Shown one piece after another: positions 52,657 through 64,000 of a stretch of 64,000 nt of DNA. Location of the stretch: assembly GCA_000004985.1 (NCBI GenBank), contig GG738891.1; one strand, 5' to 3'. This DNA comes from Naegleria gruberi (Eukaryota). The notes below the pieces were generated by a model that searched no databases, was not told the DNA's origin, and saw nothing but the letters and a program-made list of their open reading frames with translations. Within the stretch, counting starts at the first letter, position 1. Every line of letters begins with the position of its first letter. Both the position numbers and the translations under genes were made by a program.

Positions 52657-54236
52657 ATGGTGAATGGAATCTTTAATAGTGGCAGAGCATCTGTCGATTT
52701 TAATTACCGTCCTGGTATGCATCGGTTTGCAGATCCTTCAATGACCAGTGACAGAATAATGCTAGGAAGAAGTCCAGGAGCTGGTTTCGGAGGCATGTAT
52801 TTAATGTCAGGTACATCAGAAATTTCTGCTTTAACAACACCTTCACAATCCACAAAAACATCTTTTGATTCGATTGGAAAAATTTGGATTAATTTAATTG
52901 AAGCAAGAAAACTTTTGGCAGCTGACGTGAATGGAACCTCAGATCCTGTAAGTTTTTGTGTATTTCATATTTAATTTTACAAATTTGATATAGTATGCTG
53001 TTATATTGTGTAGGTGTTATGAATTTTAAATTGAGTTTAATAATAATGAAAGTTGGTGATATTCAAAAAAAGTCACGTGTCATGTACCATAATTTAGATC
53101 CAATTTGGAAGGAAGAATTTTATTTTGATATTTGTGAAACGAATGAAAGTTTAAAGATTTATATTATGGATAGTGATACAATTGGTTCAGATGATTTTTT
53201 AGGATTGGTTGAAGTGCCAATCAAGTCAATTGTTGAATCAAAAAATGATTTAATAGACAAGTGGTATAAATTGAAATCTACTTCAGTAAGTTTACAATTT
53301 TTCAAATCAAATGAAAATTAACTTTCTCAGTTGACTACTCGAGTAACAGGTGAACTTCATTTGCAACTCAAATTTTTACCAAACAATGCACGTCAAGCCA
53401 TAATGTCACCAATCACGCCAATTCCAACTTATTCGGATACTGATTTATCCAGTGAACGATCCACCGATTATATGGAACAAGTAGATGATCTGGGAGCCAA
53501 TTTTTCAATGAATACTGAAAAAATGTTGAGTGACATTCATTCAGCTCGTTATTTACATTCATTTATGAAGGAGCAATTTTGTGAGGAATGTTTGGAATTC
53601 ATTTATGCAGTGGAACAATTTAGGAAAATTTATAAAAATCGACAAGTGGATCCAAAAGAATTGAAGAAGGTTGCATTTGTAGTTTATGAGAGATTTTTAC
53701 AATTTGGAAGTCCACAGGAGGTTGCAATTCCGTTCATGATTAGAGTAGAGCTACAGGACTTTTTTGAGAACAAATTGGAAGATGAGACGTCTAATATATT
53801 GTCGGTTTTAACAATTGACGTGTTCGATGAGGCTCACTCGATCATTCTTCACATGATTAAGAGTGACATTATTCCAAGATTCATGTACTCTCATCAGTAT
53901 AAGAATTGGAGTTACTCTCTCGATTGGTCTCTCCAATTCCGAATGATGGAAGAAAAGAGGAGAAAGCAAAGTTTGACCTATCTCATTGAAATGATGGATG
54001 AGAAGAGTTTGCAATTTTTAAAGAAGAGAATTATTGAGAGACAAAAGAAAAAGAATTCCTCCAATAGTACTTCTTGTAATTCTGCATTTGATGATTGTGA
54101 TTCGGATGAGGAAGGAATTTTGGAAGAATTGAATTTGAGTGATTTCAAATCAACTAAATTTTCCTCAACCCAACAAGCTCAACAGGGCCAACAACAACCA
54201 ACAATTGATATGGGAGAGTTTGTTTTAACCTTGTAA
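52657..54236 (+). CDS. C2-domain + RGS-domain protein, multi-exon. Last intron 53286..53330 (45 nt, GTAAGT…CTCAG). An upstream junction within 52950..53040 is unresolved.
   Basis: C2 N-part IWINLIEARKLLAADVNGTSDP, immediately followed by GTAAGT (52950). C2 continuation …KLSLIIMKVGDIQKKSRVMYHNLDPIWKEEFYFDI…IYIMDSDTIGSDDFLG…WYKLKSTS, then GTAAGT. Next exon LTTRVTGELHLQLKFLPNN…, then RGS box …RYLHSFMKEQFCEECLEFIYAVEQFRKI…VAFVVYERFLQFGSPQEV…DEAHSIILHMIKSDIIPRFMYS. ATG at 52657 (AAAAAAATG). Confidence 0.65.
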
Positions 54237-54382
54237 ATAATAAATAAGCTCACAGAATTTGATTTATTTCCCTTTTTTCACTTTTTTCATTAATAATCAG
54301 GATGTTGGTTGCGTGCTGGTATCGTTTGGGTTAACGGAATGGTCAAATGTCTGGTCAAGGTAAAGAGCATTTATACTCAGGT

Positions 54383-55482
54383 TTAACAGTATCTAATGTC
54401 ATCCTCATCTTTTTCATAGACAAGTACTTCATAAATCAACGTTTTCAACTTGGGAGCTAGTGCTAATTTAATTTTCTCAATGTGATCTTCTTTAAAAATT
54501 GTTCCATCCAAGTCCAATGTTGTCAAGCTCTTCATGAGACATATAACTTGTAAATCCAATTCTGGATCACTGCCAATCTGTGAACATCCCCTCAATGACA
54601 AACAGCTTAATTGACTCAATTTGGCGAGTTGTACTAAAGAATCATGAGTTATTGATCCATTACATCCCAGGTTTAGTGAGGTCAATTTTGGCAGCTTTTC
54701 ACAAATTACTTTAACTTCCGAATCTCCAATCCAGGTACTTCCAAGGTCAAGGCTTGTGAGATTTCTCAATTTTGAGCAGACAAATGAAAGCAAATCCTTG
54801 TTCATATTTGATAGTCCAATATCAAGAGATTGTAAATCTGTTAAAGCGCAAATATTTCTTATATCACCATGGTTGATTTCAGTACGACACAATCCAAGAG
54901 ATTTCAGTTGTTTCATTGAGCTGATTATTGTTGTGCCAACATTTCCAACTTTGGTATGTCTCATGTTTAATTCAGTTAAATTTTCCAAGTTTTGTATGTA
55001 TTTCAAGTTCCTTGGATTTATACTACAAACTTCCAATGTTAAGGAGTGTAAAAGTTTCATATTTTGGCAGAAACTCATTCCCTTTTCATCTATTGAAGCT
55101 CCATACAGAGACAAACTTGTTAATTTATCCTTCAAACAATCACTCAATATCTTAAAATAACTACTATCAACAGTAACAAGCCAATTACTTCCAATTCCAT
55201 CATAATGATAGGCAAATGATGTGATATTTGCATGTTGCTGCAATCAAGAGAAAGAATTTCTTGAAATGGTTCAAAATAGAACGATTTCACCTTCAAATGA
55301 ATAGGAAATTGTCTAATTGCCACCAAATACCACTGTTTTGATACGAGAGAATACCTCTCCATCACTTCTTTTCTATCCAAAAATTTTAATATTTCATAAC
55401 AAATATCATCGGGTATGATCGGTGCCTCACTACTTTCAAACTTCTTTACAGGAGGAGAGGCAGATAACCCTTGCTTGTCCAT
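54383..55482 (-). CDS. F-box / LRR protein with 2 exons: 55291..55482 and 54383..55237. Intron 55238..55290 (53 nt, GTGAAA…ATTGCAG).
   Basis: Exon 1 has the F-box PIIPDDICYEILKFLDRKEVMERYSLVSKQWYLVAIRQ and ends …FPIHLK followed by GTGAAA. A phase-0 acceptor joins QHANITSFAYHYDGIGSNWL…, followed by LRRs (…LTSLSLYGASIDEKG…, LHSLTLEVCSINPRNL…, LTELNMRHTKVGN…, LTSLDLGSTWIGDSEV…). ATG at 55482 (ACAAAACATG). Confidence 0.65.
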
Positions 55483-56419
55483 GTTTTGTATTGGATTTTG
55501 CTGCTTTTGGGGGTTTTGATGGTTTACTCATTTTTTTATTGAGTGAACTTGAACCTCCTTAATAGAATTTAGAGATTTAATGAGAGATAATTGTTGATTA
55601 CAATAATCCATGGTCATTTAGTAAGGCAACGCCTCTCTCTTATTAATTTACTTAATTAGTGTAGGGCAGAGTGTGATTTTAACCTGTCCCTTCAATCAAG
55701 GTACTTATCATTGTTCTGATACACGTATTCAATGAAACAAAAATATTGTGAAGATTTCTTGTTTTTGGATTCTTATTAAGTTGGTAGATTGAAGTGTATC
55801 AAGATTAGAGAATAAATTGGAATCAAACTTTTATACAATGTTCTTGAAAAGAAAAGTCGATATTCCTGTATGAATCTATCAAGTGCAGGTTTAGACTCAG
55901 AAAACACCATTTCAATTAAAATAAACAAAAATACAAACACCACATAAATGACTCATTAATCCAAATTGTAATCAATTTTTGTAAACTTTCCAAAAAGATC
56001 TTTAATTGTACAGTTTTCAAAAACAACTCCTAAAATCACCATATTTGAAATTGTAAATCCAAAAGGCGCCAAACAAATGAGTTCCATCGAGCAAATCCAC
56101 GAAAAATCATCAAATCTCAATATTTATTTTTAGAAGCAACATTTGAGTCATTATTGCTTTCTCTGAAAAGTGCGCCAAAAAAACCTTCCAATTTGAACCT
56201 CAATCTTCATCCCTTCAAATATGACACGTTCTCTTCACCACATCATAATAAGCAGCACTTGCTGAGTTTTATTAATAACCAAGGAATAAAACTACTAGTA
56301 GCTGTTGGGCAAGGGCATTTGAATAAAACGGTTAGCAAGGGAGTGGTGACTCGAACAATTTTCCATAATAAAAAAAGATAACAACTTGAATCAACATTGA
56401 TTGTAATATAATAATAGAT

Positions 56420-56692
56420 ATGGCTCAAAGATCTTCATTGCCACTTCATAGTCAAGAAGAGGAACAAGCTTCCTTAACTGCTAATGCTGCTCCTCATCAT
56501 CATCCTCATCATAGAATTAAACAACAGGATGAGTCACATTTTGTGATATTAGAGAATGGATCTTCTGTTCCATTGTCAGATGTGATGGATAAGGAGGAAA
56601 GAGAAAATCCGAGTGATTTGTTGTTGAGAATGATGAAGAAGAGAGCTGTTGCATCACTACTCGATTCACGAAGGAATACTTTGAAGCAATAA
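56420..56692 (+). CDS. Small hypothetical protein (90 aa).
   Basis: ATG start, His-rich stretch (PHHHPHHR), no domain recognised. Could be non-coding. Confidence 0.3.
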   Translation: MAQRSSLPLHSQEEEQASLTANAAPHHHPHHRIKQQDESHFVILENGSSVPLSDVMDKEERENPSDLLLRMMKKRAVASLLDSRRNTLKQ

Positions 56693-56943
56693 TTGAGTAT
56701 TCTTTCGAATGTATTTGTATGGTATTCTTCATAGTATTGGAATACATTGGATAACAATCAACATGCATAATGTTGATTTTGTATAATATAGCACATCGAG
56801 TATAGCAACACCTCTAACTTATCTAACTAAATAAAAACGTTTTAATTATTTCAATCATTCTCTATTCGAAATGTTTCTTTTGAAATTTCAGGCTTTGATT
56901 CCTTGTTCCTCGTTTCGAATGAAAAGAAAATAAAATTCAAGTT

Positions 56944-59763
56944 CTAAAAGCTTTCAAAACTTGCCTTCTGATTTGACTTTCTAATTCTTCTTCCCAAATC
57001 CTTGTCTAATGGAACGTTACTGGCACGAATATTCTTAAGATTGGGTGATCTTGCAACAAGTGTCTTGATACTCTTTTCATTAAGACTAGTTCCTCTAATG
57101 TCAACAATTGCCAGATAGGGAAGTGTTGATTTTTTGGATTGGAATTTGAGTTGTGTCAGTTGAGTACATGAAGATACATTCATCTTGATGAGAGAATTAG
57201 ATCCTTCAGGTATTATTATTGATTTGACATTTCCACTATTCATGCTTAATACCCTCATCGATGGAAGAATATTAATTGAAGGAATTTCTCCATCAAATGT
57301 TAAACTTTCCAAATTTGATAACTCACTCAAAACCTCTTGAAATTTCGGTCCAACCTTTCCCTCATGAATTGCAATCCTTTTCAGATTTTTAAAGAGTGGA
57401 ATACTTTGTCTAAAATTCACAATGTTACAACTCCTTAATGTTAGAGAGTGGACGCTAGAGAAGGCGTTTTCCTTTGCCTCATTTTGTACGACCAATTCCT
57501 TAATTTCACAATTGGTTGCATTGATATCTTTCAATAAATTAGATTTCAGATAAACGTAGGAGGTATAGGTAATGTTCAAGCTTTCAAGAAGTGGTGCAAA
57601 TATTGAGAATTTCACATCGGTTGCCTGCTTTAGTAAAATCTCCAATCTTCTCAAATTCTTGTGGTCTATATTGAAAACGAATGAGTCATTGGAAAATCTA
57701 GATGACAAACCAAACTCCTCTAAATTATTGATATTCATCAATAAACGTGACATTCTCACCGATGAAATGTGTTTCATATTGCTTTCAATGTGAAAGTGTA
57801 GCTTCTTCAATGCCTTCATGTTTTCATATTGATTTGACAGATAGGTCCACAGAGGTGACTCAAAATCTCCATAATAGAACAGTGATTCGAATGTATGCAT
57901 CATTGGTTCTGGTGTCATACTTCTCAATCCATTACAATTGGAAAGTTTGATGTGGCGAATTTGTGGATAAATCTCACGATCTCCCAATTCAAAACTGAAT
58001 TCTCTTAGACTTTTTACATGTTTCAGGGAGAGTTTCTCGAGAACTATTCCATTATTTTCAATTAAATGAAGTCCCACACAAGCAATTGATACCTTTTCGA
58101 GTTGAGGCATGGAAGAGATTTTCAAAGTTCTCAGCTGTACAAAATTATTCACGTATGGATCTTTGAGAATATGAATCGATCGAATATTAAAGCAATCTCT
58201 AATTCTAAACTCAGTCAAAGAGTCAGAACATTTTCCAAGCAGTGCATTCAAGTGTCCATTGAACATGAAAGAATTTGCAATTCGTAAATTTTGTAATTTT
58301 TTCAATTCACTCAGCACCATGAGCTCTCCAAAATTTTGAAGTATTAACTTTTCTATATTTGGTAAATCCAACTGTACAAGACTCTCTCTACAGCAAACTG
58401 GATAGTTAATGAAACGTAGCTGTTTCAGAGAGTTGCTTTTGAGAATTACTTTCCCATCTACTTCAGTGTTAGAATCTGGTCGAATTATGGAAACATTGAG
58501 GTATTGTAAATTTGGAAGATTATTGAGAATTTTCTGAATATCTCTTGCTTCCTTTGTGCGAAATGCTTCAATAACCATCTTGGTTAAATTATTTCTTGGA
58601 ATGGTTGGTAAATTGAATGGCTGTATGCAATTCAAACCCCCAATCAAAATTTCTTCCATTTGTGGCAAAACTTCTTCTCTTTCAATTTGGAAAAATGTAT
58701 TCACAAAATCTTCTATTGTAATATTTTGACATCCAAAACTCTTCAATGATGTCCCTAGTTGATTACTGATCGCCAATAATTCATTCTTACTAAACTCATA
58801 ACATGTTATGTTTCCCCTCTTGTTAAATCCAAAATGTAAAGATTCCAAACTATTTAAACTCGATATAAACTCATTAAACCCCTGATTGGCAATAAATGAT
58901 AAATTTTGATTGGCATCATTTGTGAAAAATGAAATTTTCAATCTTTTAACATTGGTCTGAGCTAGAAATTCCTTAATAATCCTCAATTCATTCGAAACAT
59001 CCTTAAATTTAATATTCAATAATTGTAAATCACACAACTCGGTAAAAGACTCTGCCAAATATTGAATATCATTCCTTTCCAATGAAATATACATGTACTT
59101 TTCAAAATCCAAAACCAATCTCGTCACATTCACTAAAAATGGGAAATGTTCCAAATAAATTGAAAAGAAAGACCTCAAGGTTGTGAAATTACTAATAGGA
59201 AGAGAAATATTTGACAAGATTGCCATTCCCAATGTTGAACTCGTCGAAGAATCAAACACCAAAGCATTTGAAATTGTTGGAAGGAAATTCATTTCATCCA
59301 ATCCTTGCCAAAACTCCTTTCTCATCAAGTATTCACTCCTCAAATAGGAACACGTTTGAGAGAATTTCAAAATTGAATTTAAATCCAAATAACTGACAAT
59401 AATTCTCATCTGATAGAGGGGAATATATTGGAAAAAGTACTTTTCGGAATTGTTAACAAGATTGGGTCTTCTTCTTTTGGCTTCAATTTCTGTAATGTCC
59501 ACTTCTTCAACCTCGTAGTCATCATCATCTCCTACTACTACTAGTTGATGATTAATTTCATTATTTTCCTCTTGATGATTATTGGTTTTACTATTTTCTT
59601 GGAATTTTCGTTTTAGTGGATTTTCATTATTTTCATCATCATCATCGGAAATGACCACTACATCATCATCACTACTACTTTCCGAAGAGGAAGATGAATC
59701 TTCATCCTCCTCCTCATCACTAAAATCCAAGTCAATTTCGTTGCTTACTTGACTTTTAGTCAT
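56944..59763 (-). CDS. Large F-box-like / leucine-rich-repeat protein with an acidic N-terminus.
   Basis: ATG at 59763 (AATTGAAATG). Acidic DFSDEEEDEDSSSSSESSSDDD. F-box-like YIPLYQMRIIVSYLDLNSILKFSQTCSYLRSEYL. More than 20 irregular LRRs through the rest of the protein. Confidence 0.6.
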   Translation of the reverse strand: MTKSQVSNEIDLDFSDEEEDEDSSSSSESSSDDDVVVISDDDDENNENPLKRKFQENSKTNNHQEENNEINHQLVVVGDDDDYEVEEVDITEIEAKRRRPNLVNNSEKYFFQYIPLYQMRIIVSYLDLNSILKFSQTCSYLRSEYLMRKEFWQGLDEMNFLPTISNALVFDSSTSSTLGMAILSNISLPISNFTTLRSFFSIYLEHFPFLVNVTRLVLDFEKYMYISLERNDIQYLAESFTELCDLQLLNIKFKDVSNELRIIKEFLAQTNVKRLKISFFTNDANQNLSFIANQGFNEFISSLNSLESLHFGFNKRGNITCYEFSKNELLAISNQLGTSLKSFGCQNITIEDFVNTFFQIEREEVLPQMEEILIGGLNCIQPFNLPTIPRNNLTKMVIEAFRTKEARDIQKILNNLPNLQYLNVSIIRPDSNTEVDGKVILKSNSLKQLRFINYPVCCRESLVQLDLPNIEKLILQNFGELMVLSELKKLQNLRIANSFMFNGHLNALLGKCSDSLTEFRIRDCFNIRSIHILKDPYVNNFVQLRTLKISSMPQLEKVSIACVGLHLIENNGIVLEKLSLKHVKSLREFSFELGDREIYPQIRHIKLSNCNGLRSMTPEPMMHTFESLFYYGDFESPLWTYLSNQYENMKALKKLHFHIESNMKHISSVRMSRLLMNINNLEEFGLSSRFSNDSFVFNIDHKNLRRLEILLKQATDVKFSIFAPLLESLNITYTSYVYLKSNLLKDINATNCEIKELVVQNEAKENAFSSVHSLTLRSCNIVNFRQSIPLFKNLKRIAIHEGKVGPKFQEVLSELSNLESLTFDGEIPSINILPSMRVLSMNSGNVKSIIIPEGSNSLIKMNVSSCTQLTQLKFQSKKSTLPYLAIVDIRGTSLNEKSIKTLVARSPNLKNIRASNVPLDKDLGRRIRKSNQKASFESF

Positions 59764-59826
59764 TTCAATTTTTTTTTTGTTTCAGATTTTAAATTGAAGA
59801 TAGAAAGTAAATTTTATGAAACAAGT

Positions 59827-61600
59827 TTAAAGAACAGTGACAGTCTTGGCCAAATTTCTTGGTTTGTCTGGATCGTGACCACGGAGAAGAGCCAATTCGT
59901 AAGCAACCAATTGGAGTGGAATATTGGCCAACAAGGCACTGAAAATACCATTAGATGGAACATCAATAACATAGTCAGCTTCATGGGATGGAATCTTATC
60001 TGGAATATCAGTAATAGCTACAGTATAAGCACCTCTTGATTTGATTTCAGCAGCAGCTGTCATATTCATCTTAAAGTACTTGTCATCAAGAATGAAAACA
60101 AAAATAACAGTTCCTGGTTCAATAAGGGCGAATGGACCATGTTTCAAGGCACCAGATGAGTAACCTTCGGCGTGAGTGTAAGTAACTTCCTTAACCTTCA
60201 AAGATCCTTCATAAGCAACAGCTTCACCATAACCCTTACCCAACATGAAAAGAGTATTGCCCTTCATGTTATAAATATGTCTGGCAATATGTCTACACTT
60301 CTCTCTAACTCTGCTCAAAACCATACCTGCACTAGTTGGCAAACGATGGAGGTATTGAATAATGGCTTGACGATGTTGAAGTTGGAATTTTGGTGATCTG
60401 TTTTGAGCAAACCACAAACCAATCAATGCCAAAACAGTAACTTGGCAAGAGAATGCCTTGGTTGAGGCAACAGCAGTTTCACGACCAGCATTAATATACA
60501 CACCACACTTTGTAGTTCTAGCAATAGTTGAACCGACACGATTAACGCAGGAGAAGCTTGGAACGCTCAATTGTTCTGCAATATAAATACATCTCAAAAC
60601 ATCAGCTGTTTCACCACTTTGTGATAAAACCAAAAGGCCAGAATTTTCAGGGCAAAAATGTGATTCCTCAAGTTCAGCACCATCAATAACTTGGATAGTC
60701 TTGAAGCATCTCAAATCTCTGAAAATTTGAGCACCATAGAGACCAGCATAGTAACTAGTACCACAACCAGCAATAACCAAATGTTCAATACCAGATAACC
60801 ATTCCTTATTATCATCCAAACCACCCAATTTAACATGACTATCATCACTAATTCTACCACCAAAATTCAAAGATCTTGAAATTGATTCAGGTTGCTCCAA
60901 AATTTCACGAATAGTCCAGTGAGCATGTGGATGAGGAGTCTTTTCAATCTTTTCTTCTTCAACAACAATCTTTCTTTCATAAGGAAGAGTAACACCTTCA
61001 GAGGTAATGACAGCAATTTCATTATTTTCCAAACTGATCATTTCTCTAGTGTACAATCCGAATGCAGAACTTTCGGAAGCAACAAACATCTTACCTTGTG
61101 AAACACCGACCAAGAGAGGAGAACCATTTCTGGCTACAACCAAACGATCTGGTTCAACTGTAGACATAATAACCAAACCCCAAGTACCTTCCAAATGTTT
61201 AGTAGTCTTGAGAACGGCCTTTTCAACAACATCTTGCTTCATTCCATCCTTTAACATTTGGTCCAAATAGACACCAATCATTTGAACAATAACTTCAGTA
61301 TCTGTTTCACTCTTGAATTTAATTCCGTGCTTTTCTATCAATTCCTTTTTCAATTCACCAGAATTTTCAATGACACCATTGTGAACAAGAATCACACGAC
61401 CAGATTGATCCATGTGAGGGTGAGCATTCATATCAGTTTTAGCTCCGTGAGTAGCCCATCTAGTGTGAGCAATACCAATACTATCATTTCCGTGTGTATG
61501 TAAAGTTTCTCTCAATCTCTTAAGAGCATCACTTGTTGTTTGAGAACTGGCATATTTAGTTGTGTGGAAGCAAGGTTCTCCCTTATCGTTTTGTCTTAAG
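59827..61600 (-). CDS. Glutamine—fructose-6-phosphate aminotransferase (isomerising; GFAT/GlmS-type), 5'-truncated by assembly gap.
   Basis: GATase-2 region …GIAHTRWATHG…ILVHNGVIENSGELKKELIEKHGIKFKSETDTEVI…, two SIS domains (…VIAGCGTSYYAGL…, …LVLSQSGETADVL…), and C-terminus …GHDPDKPRNLAKTVTVL. The catalytic N-terminal Cys (MCGIF…) and ~60-80 residues are missing. The frame runs into the N-run at 61601/61614. Confidence 0.9.
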
Positions 61601-61613
61601 NGTTGCAATACCT

Positions 61614-61663
61614 NNNNNNNNNNNNNNNNNNNNNNNNNNNNNNNNNNNNNNNNNNNNNNNNNN
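61614..61663. other. Assembly gap (50 N; an additional single N at 61601). It hides the divergent 5' ends and shared promoter of GFAT(-) and IDH(+).
   Basis: Run of n characters flanked on the left by minus-strand GFAT codons and on the right by plus-strand IDH codons. Confidence 1.
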
Positions 61664-62737
61664 GAAGATGTGGAAGTCACCAAATGGTACTATTAGAAAC
61701 ATTTTGGGTGGTACTGTCTTCAGAGAACCTATTGTTATTGAAAACATTCCAAGATTAGTTCCTGGATGGACTCAACCAATTGTTATTGGTCGTCACGCTC
61801 ATGGTGATCAATACAAGGCTACTGACTTGGTTATTGGCGAACCAGGAAAGATGGAACTTGTTTTCACTCCAAAGAATGGTGGTGAAACTCAAAGATACAC
61901 TGTCTTCAACTTTGAAGGTTCTGGTGTTGCTATGGGAATGTACAATACTGATGAATCTATCAGAGATTTTGCTTACTCATGCTTCCAATTGGCTGTTGAC
62001 AAGAAATGGCCATTGTACTTGTCCACCAAGAATACCATCTTGAAGGCTTATGATGGTAGATTCAAGGATATCTTCCAAGAAATCTATGAAAAGGAATTCA
62101 AGACTAAATTCACTGAATTGGGTATCTGGTACGAACACAGACTTATTGATGACATGGTTGCTCAAACTTTGAAGAGTTCTGGTGGTTTCATCTGGGCTTG
62201 TAAGAATTATGATGGTGATGTCCAATCCGATATTGTTGCTCAAGGTTATGGTTCTTTGGGTTTGATGACTTCTGTCTTGTTGTGTCCTGATGGTAAGACT
62301 GTTGAAGCTGAAGCTGCTCACGGTACTGTTACTAGACACTACAGAGAACACCAAAAGGGTAAGGAAACCTCCACCAACCCTGTTGCCTCCATCTTTGCTT
62401 GGTCTCGTGGTTTGGCTCATCGTGCTAAGCTCGATGGTAATGCTGAATTGGCCAAGTTCTGTGATGCTTTGGAAGCTGCCACTATTGAAACTATCAGAGC
62501 TGGTAAGATGACCAAGGATTTGGCTATCTGTGTTCACGGAAACAAGTAAGTTTTTTCACACACGACAGATTTTCTAATTATTATTTTATTATTAATTATT
62601 TGATATTGTGATGATATTAATATTGAAAATTTGCATGATTATTATGGATAAACAGTGTTGATCGTTCTCAATACCTCAACACCAATGATTTCATGGCTGC
62701 TATTGATGAAACTTTGAAGAGTAAGCTCGGATTGTAA
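61664..62737 (+). CDS. NADP-dependent isocitrate dehydrogenase (IDH1/2 type), 5'-truncated by gap. Exons 61664..62545 and 62656..62737. Intron 62546..62655 (110 nt, GTAAGT…AAACAG).
   Basis: [23 protein letters not shown]…[13 protein letters not shown]…[25 protein letters not shown]…[13 protein letters not shown]…[20 protein letters not shown] matches eukaryotic NADP-IDH almost residue for residue. The last exon, joined at phase 2, gives …[33 protein letters not shown], the typical IDH C-terminus. The first ~100 aa are missing. Confidence 0.9.
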
Positions 62738-63049
62738 GCATTTAATTCTTGATCACATTCTTTAATTCAAAAAGATTAAATTTACCAAAACAACGAGCAT
62801 CCAAACTGTAATAAAAAAGTTTAAAAATCCCTCCGAATCATGGACAATTGAGATGATCATCCTTCCCTTGTAATTTAAATTTATTTATTCTCCACCATTA
62901 TTTGTAAATTGTTAATCCTAGAATTTAGTCAATTAGTATTAAATAGTATTATTGAAATTTGTTCTTAGTTCTTTTTCAAAGGAATATCAAATTATTAATT
63001 ACAACCAATTAAAATCTAAATAATTAAAAACAGTTAAAAAAATCGAAAC

Positions 63050-64000
63050 ATGACAACTGAATTGGCTGATGAAGTAGAAACCATCAGAAAGACCTTTCCA
63101 ATTCTATTACACGATGAGGAATTTTCAGATGGAGCCATGCACGTCTCTCTTCGTTATTCGGAACGTGGTAATATCGTAGAGGCTAATCTGTGTTGGGATT
63201 GTAACATGTCATTAGAGGATTTTGTAAATAATACTTGTTGTAATGAATATCATTTGCCAATTTATTTAAAAGATAGTATTACTCATCAATTGTATGAATT
63301 AGTTAGAGAGAGACAATTAGTGAGAAATGATCAAATTACTTGTGATTTTTTCCAATCAACTTTTAGACATCAAGATGATGATGATGAGGAATTGAAACAA
63401 CAAGAAGAACAACAGGCACATGTACAATTTGGACAAGCAATTGATGATTATCGGGATGATGATGATGATGAAGAAGGAGAAGGATGTGATGATGATGATG
63501 ATGATGATGATTATTATTACGATTCGGAAGATAATGAAGATGATGTGGAACAAGACAATGATGAAGAAAATAATGATGAAGATTATTCGGAGGAGGAAAT
63601 TACAGAAGAAGAGGCAACAACTGAATCTGATATTGGAACTTATACAACAACTGAATCGACAATAATAGAAACTGAACAGCATCCAATGAACTTTTCACAA
63701 TTTTACAAGGTTTTTCATTCAAGTGCTACTAGTCAAATTACCTTGACCAAAGTAGCAAATGATTTAAAGTGTGTATATCAGGATAAATATCAAGAAAGAG
63801 ATAGAGGCATTAATCAAATTCAAAAAGAGTATGTTTTATTGAATTTTGAACTCTGAGTCATTTATCACAATTTTATCTAAATTTCACAATAATTATTATA
63901 GACATAGAGATGGAGTTGAACAAAATAATGAAAGAATTGATCAGGTTCAACAAATGGTTCTTGATCACATGAAAGAATTGGAAGAATTTGAGGAAAGATG
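63050..64000 (+). CDS. Acidic (D/E-rich) protein. It continues beyond the window through a probable intron 63829..63901 (73 nt, GTATGT…TTATAG).
   Basis: ATG at 63050 (AAACATG), long DDDDDEEGEGCDDDDDDDDYYYDSEDNEDD tract. After …IQKE the sequence GTATGT starts, and after the AG at 63901 the frame (phase 2) stays open to the window end (HRDGVEQNNERIDQVQQMVLDHMKELEEFEER…). Confidence 0.45.

Noticed and set aside
1-64000. Prokaryotic-style reading (operons, defence islands, CRISPR, mobile elements).
   Set aside because: Spliceosomal introns with GT…AG and consistent phases. Eukaryote-only families (kinesin, RGS, F-box/LRR, PEF, RhoGAP-WW, GATA finger). Cloverleaf tRNAs without encoded CCA. No CRISPR-like spaced direct repeats, IS inverted repeats or transposase ORFs were seen.

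Overview
This is an AT-rich, intron-poor eukaryotic (protist-like) nuclear scaffold, not a prokaryotic sequence. It is gene-dense on both strands. Introns are short (43-220 nt) with GTAAGT, GTATGT or GTTTGT donors. Two 50-N assembly gaps (24287-24336, 61614-61663) and two nuclear tRNAs (Phe-GAA, Asp-GTC) are present. A SHIPPO/STPGR flagellar-type repeat protein and many F-box/LRR proteins, TKL kinases and pseudokinases suggest an amoeboflagellate (heterolobosean-like, e.g. Naegleria-type) genome. This lineage call is inference only.

Confident calls:
- a 4-exon kinesin-3 with an FHA domain
- GFAT and NADP-isocitrate dehydrogenase arranged divergently, with both 5' ends lost in a gap
- a penta-EF-hand protein with a long PQY-rich tandem repeat
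- a PPX1/prune DHH phosphoesterase whose first exon I reconstructed
- a RhoGAP-WW protein
- two RGS-domain proteins, one of them C2-RGS
- a mitochondrial-type SSB
- a prolyl-4-hydroxylase-like dioxygenase
- an alpha/beta hydrolase
- a Kelch protein (2 exons)
- a tandem pseudokinase/kinase with an IQ motif (3 exons)

The most unusual observations:
- a 142-bp, ~96.5% identical inverted copy of an RGS-domain exon fragment sits 4 kb upstream of its parent gene, inside a repeat-containing gene-poor island
- a DUF4419-like domain is fused to an Hsp70/actin-fold ATPase domain
- a GATA zinc finger + AT-hook protein carries a C-terminal F-box
- several ORF-track 'genes' are really exons of spliced genes; the missed exons were recovered by hand

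The ORF track uses alternative start codons, so many listed 'M' starts are TTG/GTG. Where possible I re-anchored starts to ATG. All protein-family assignments come from motif recognition by eye. No database search was run.
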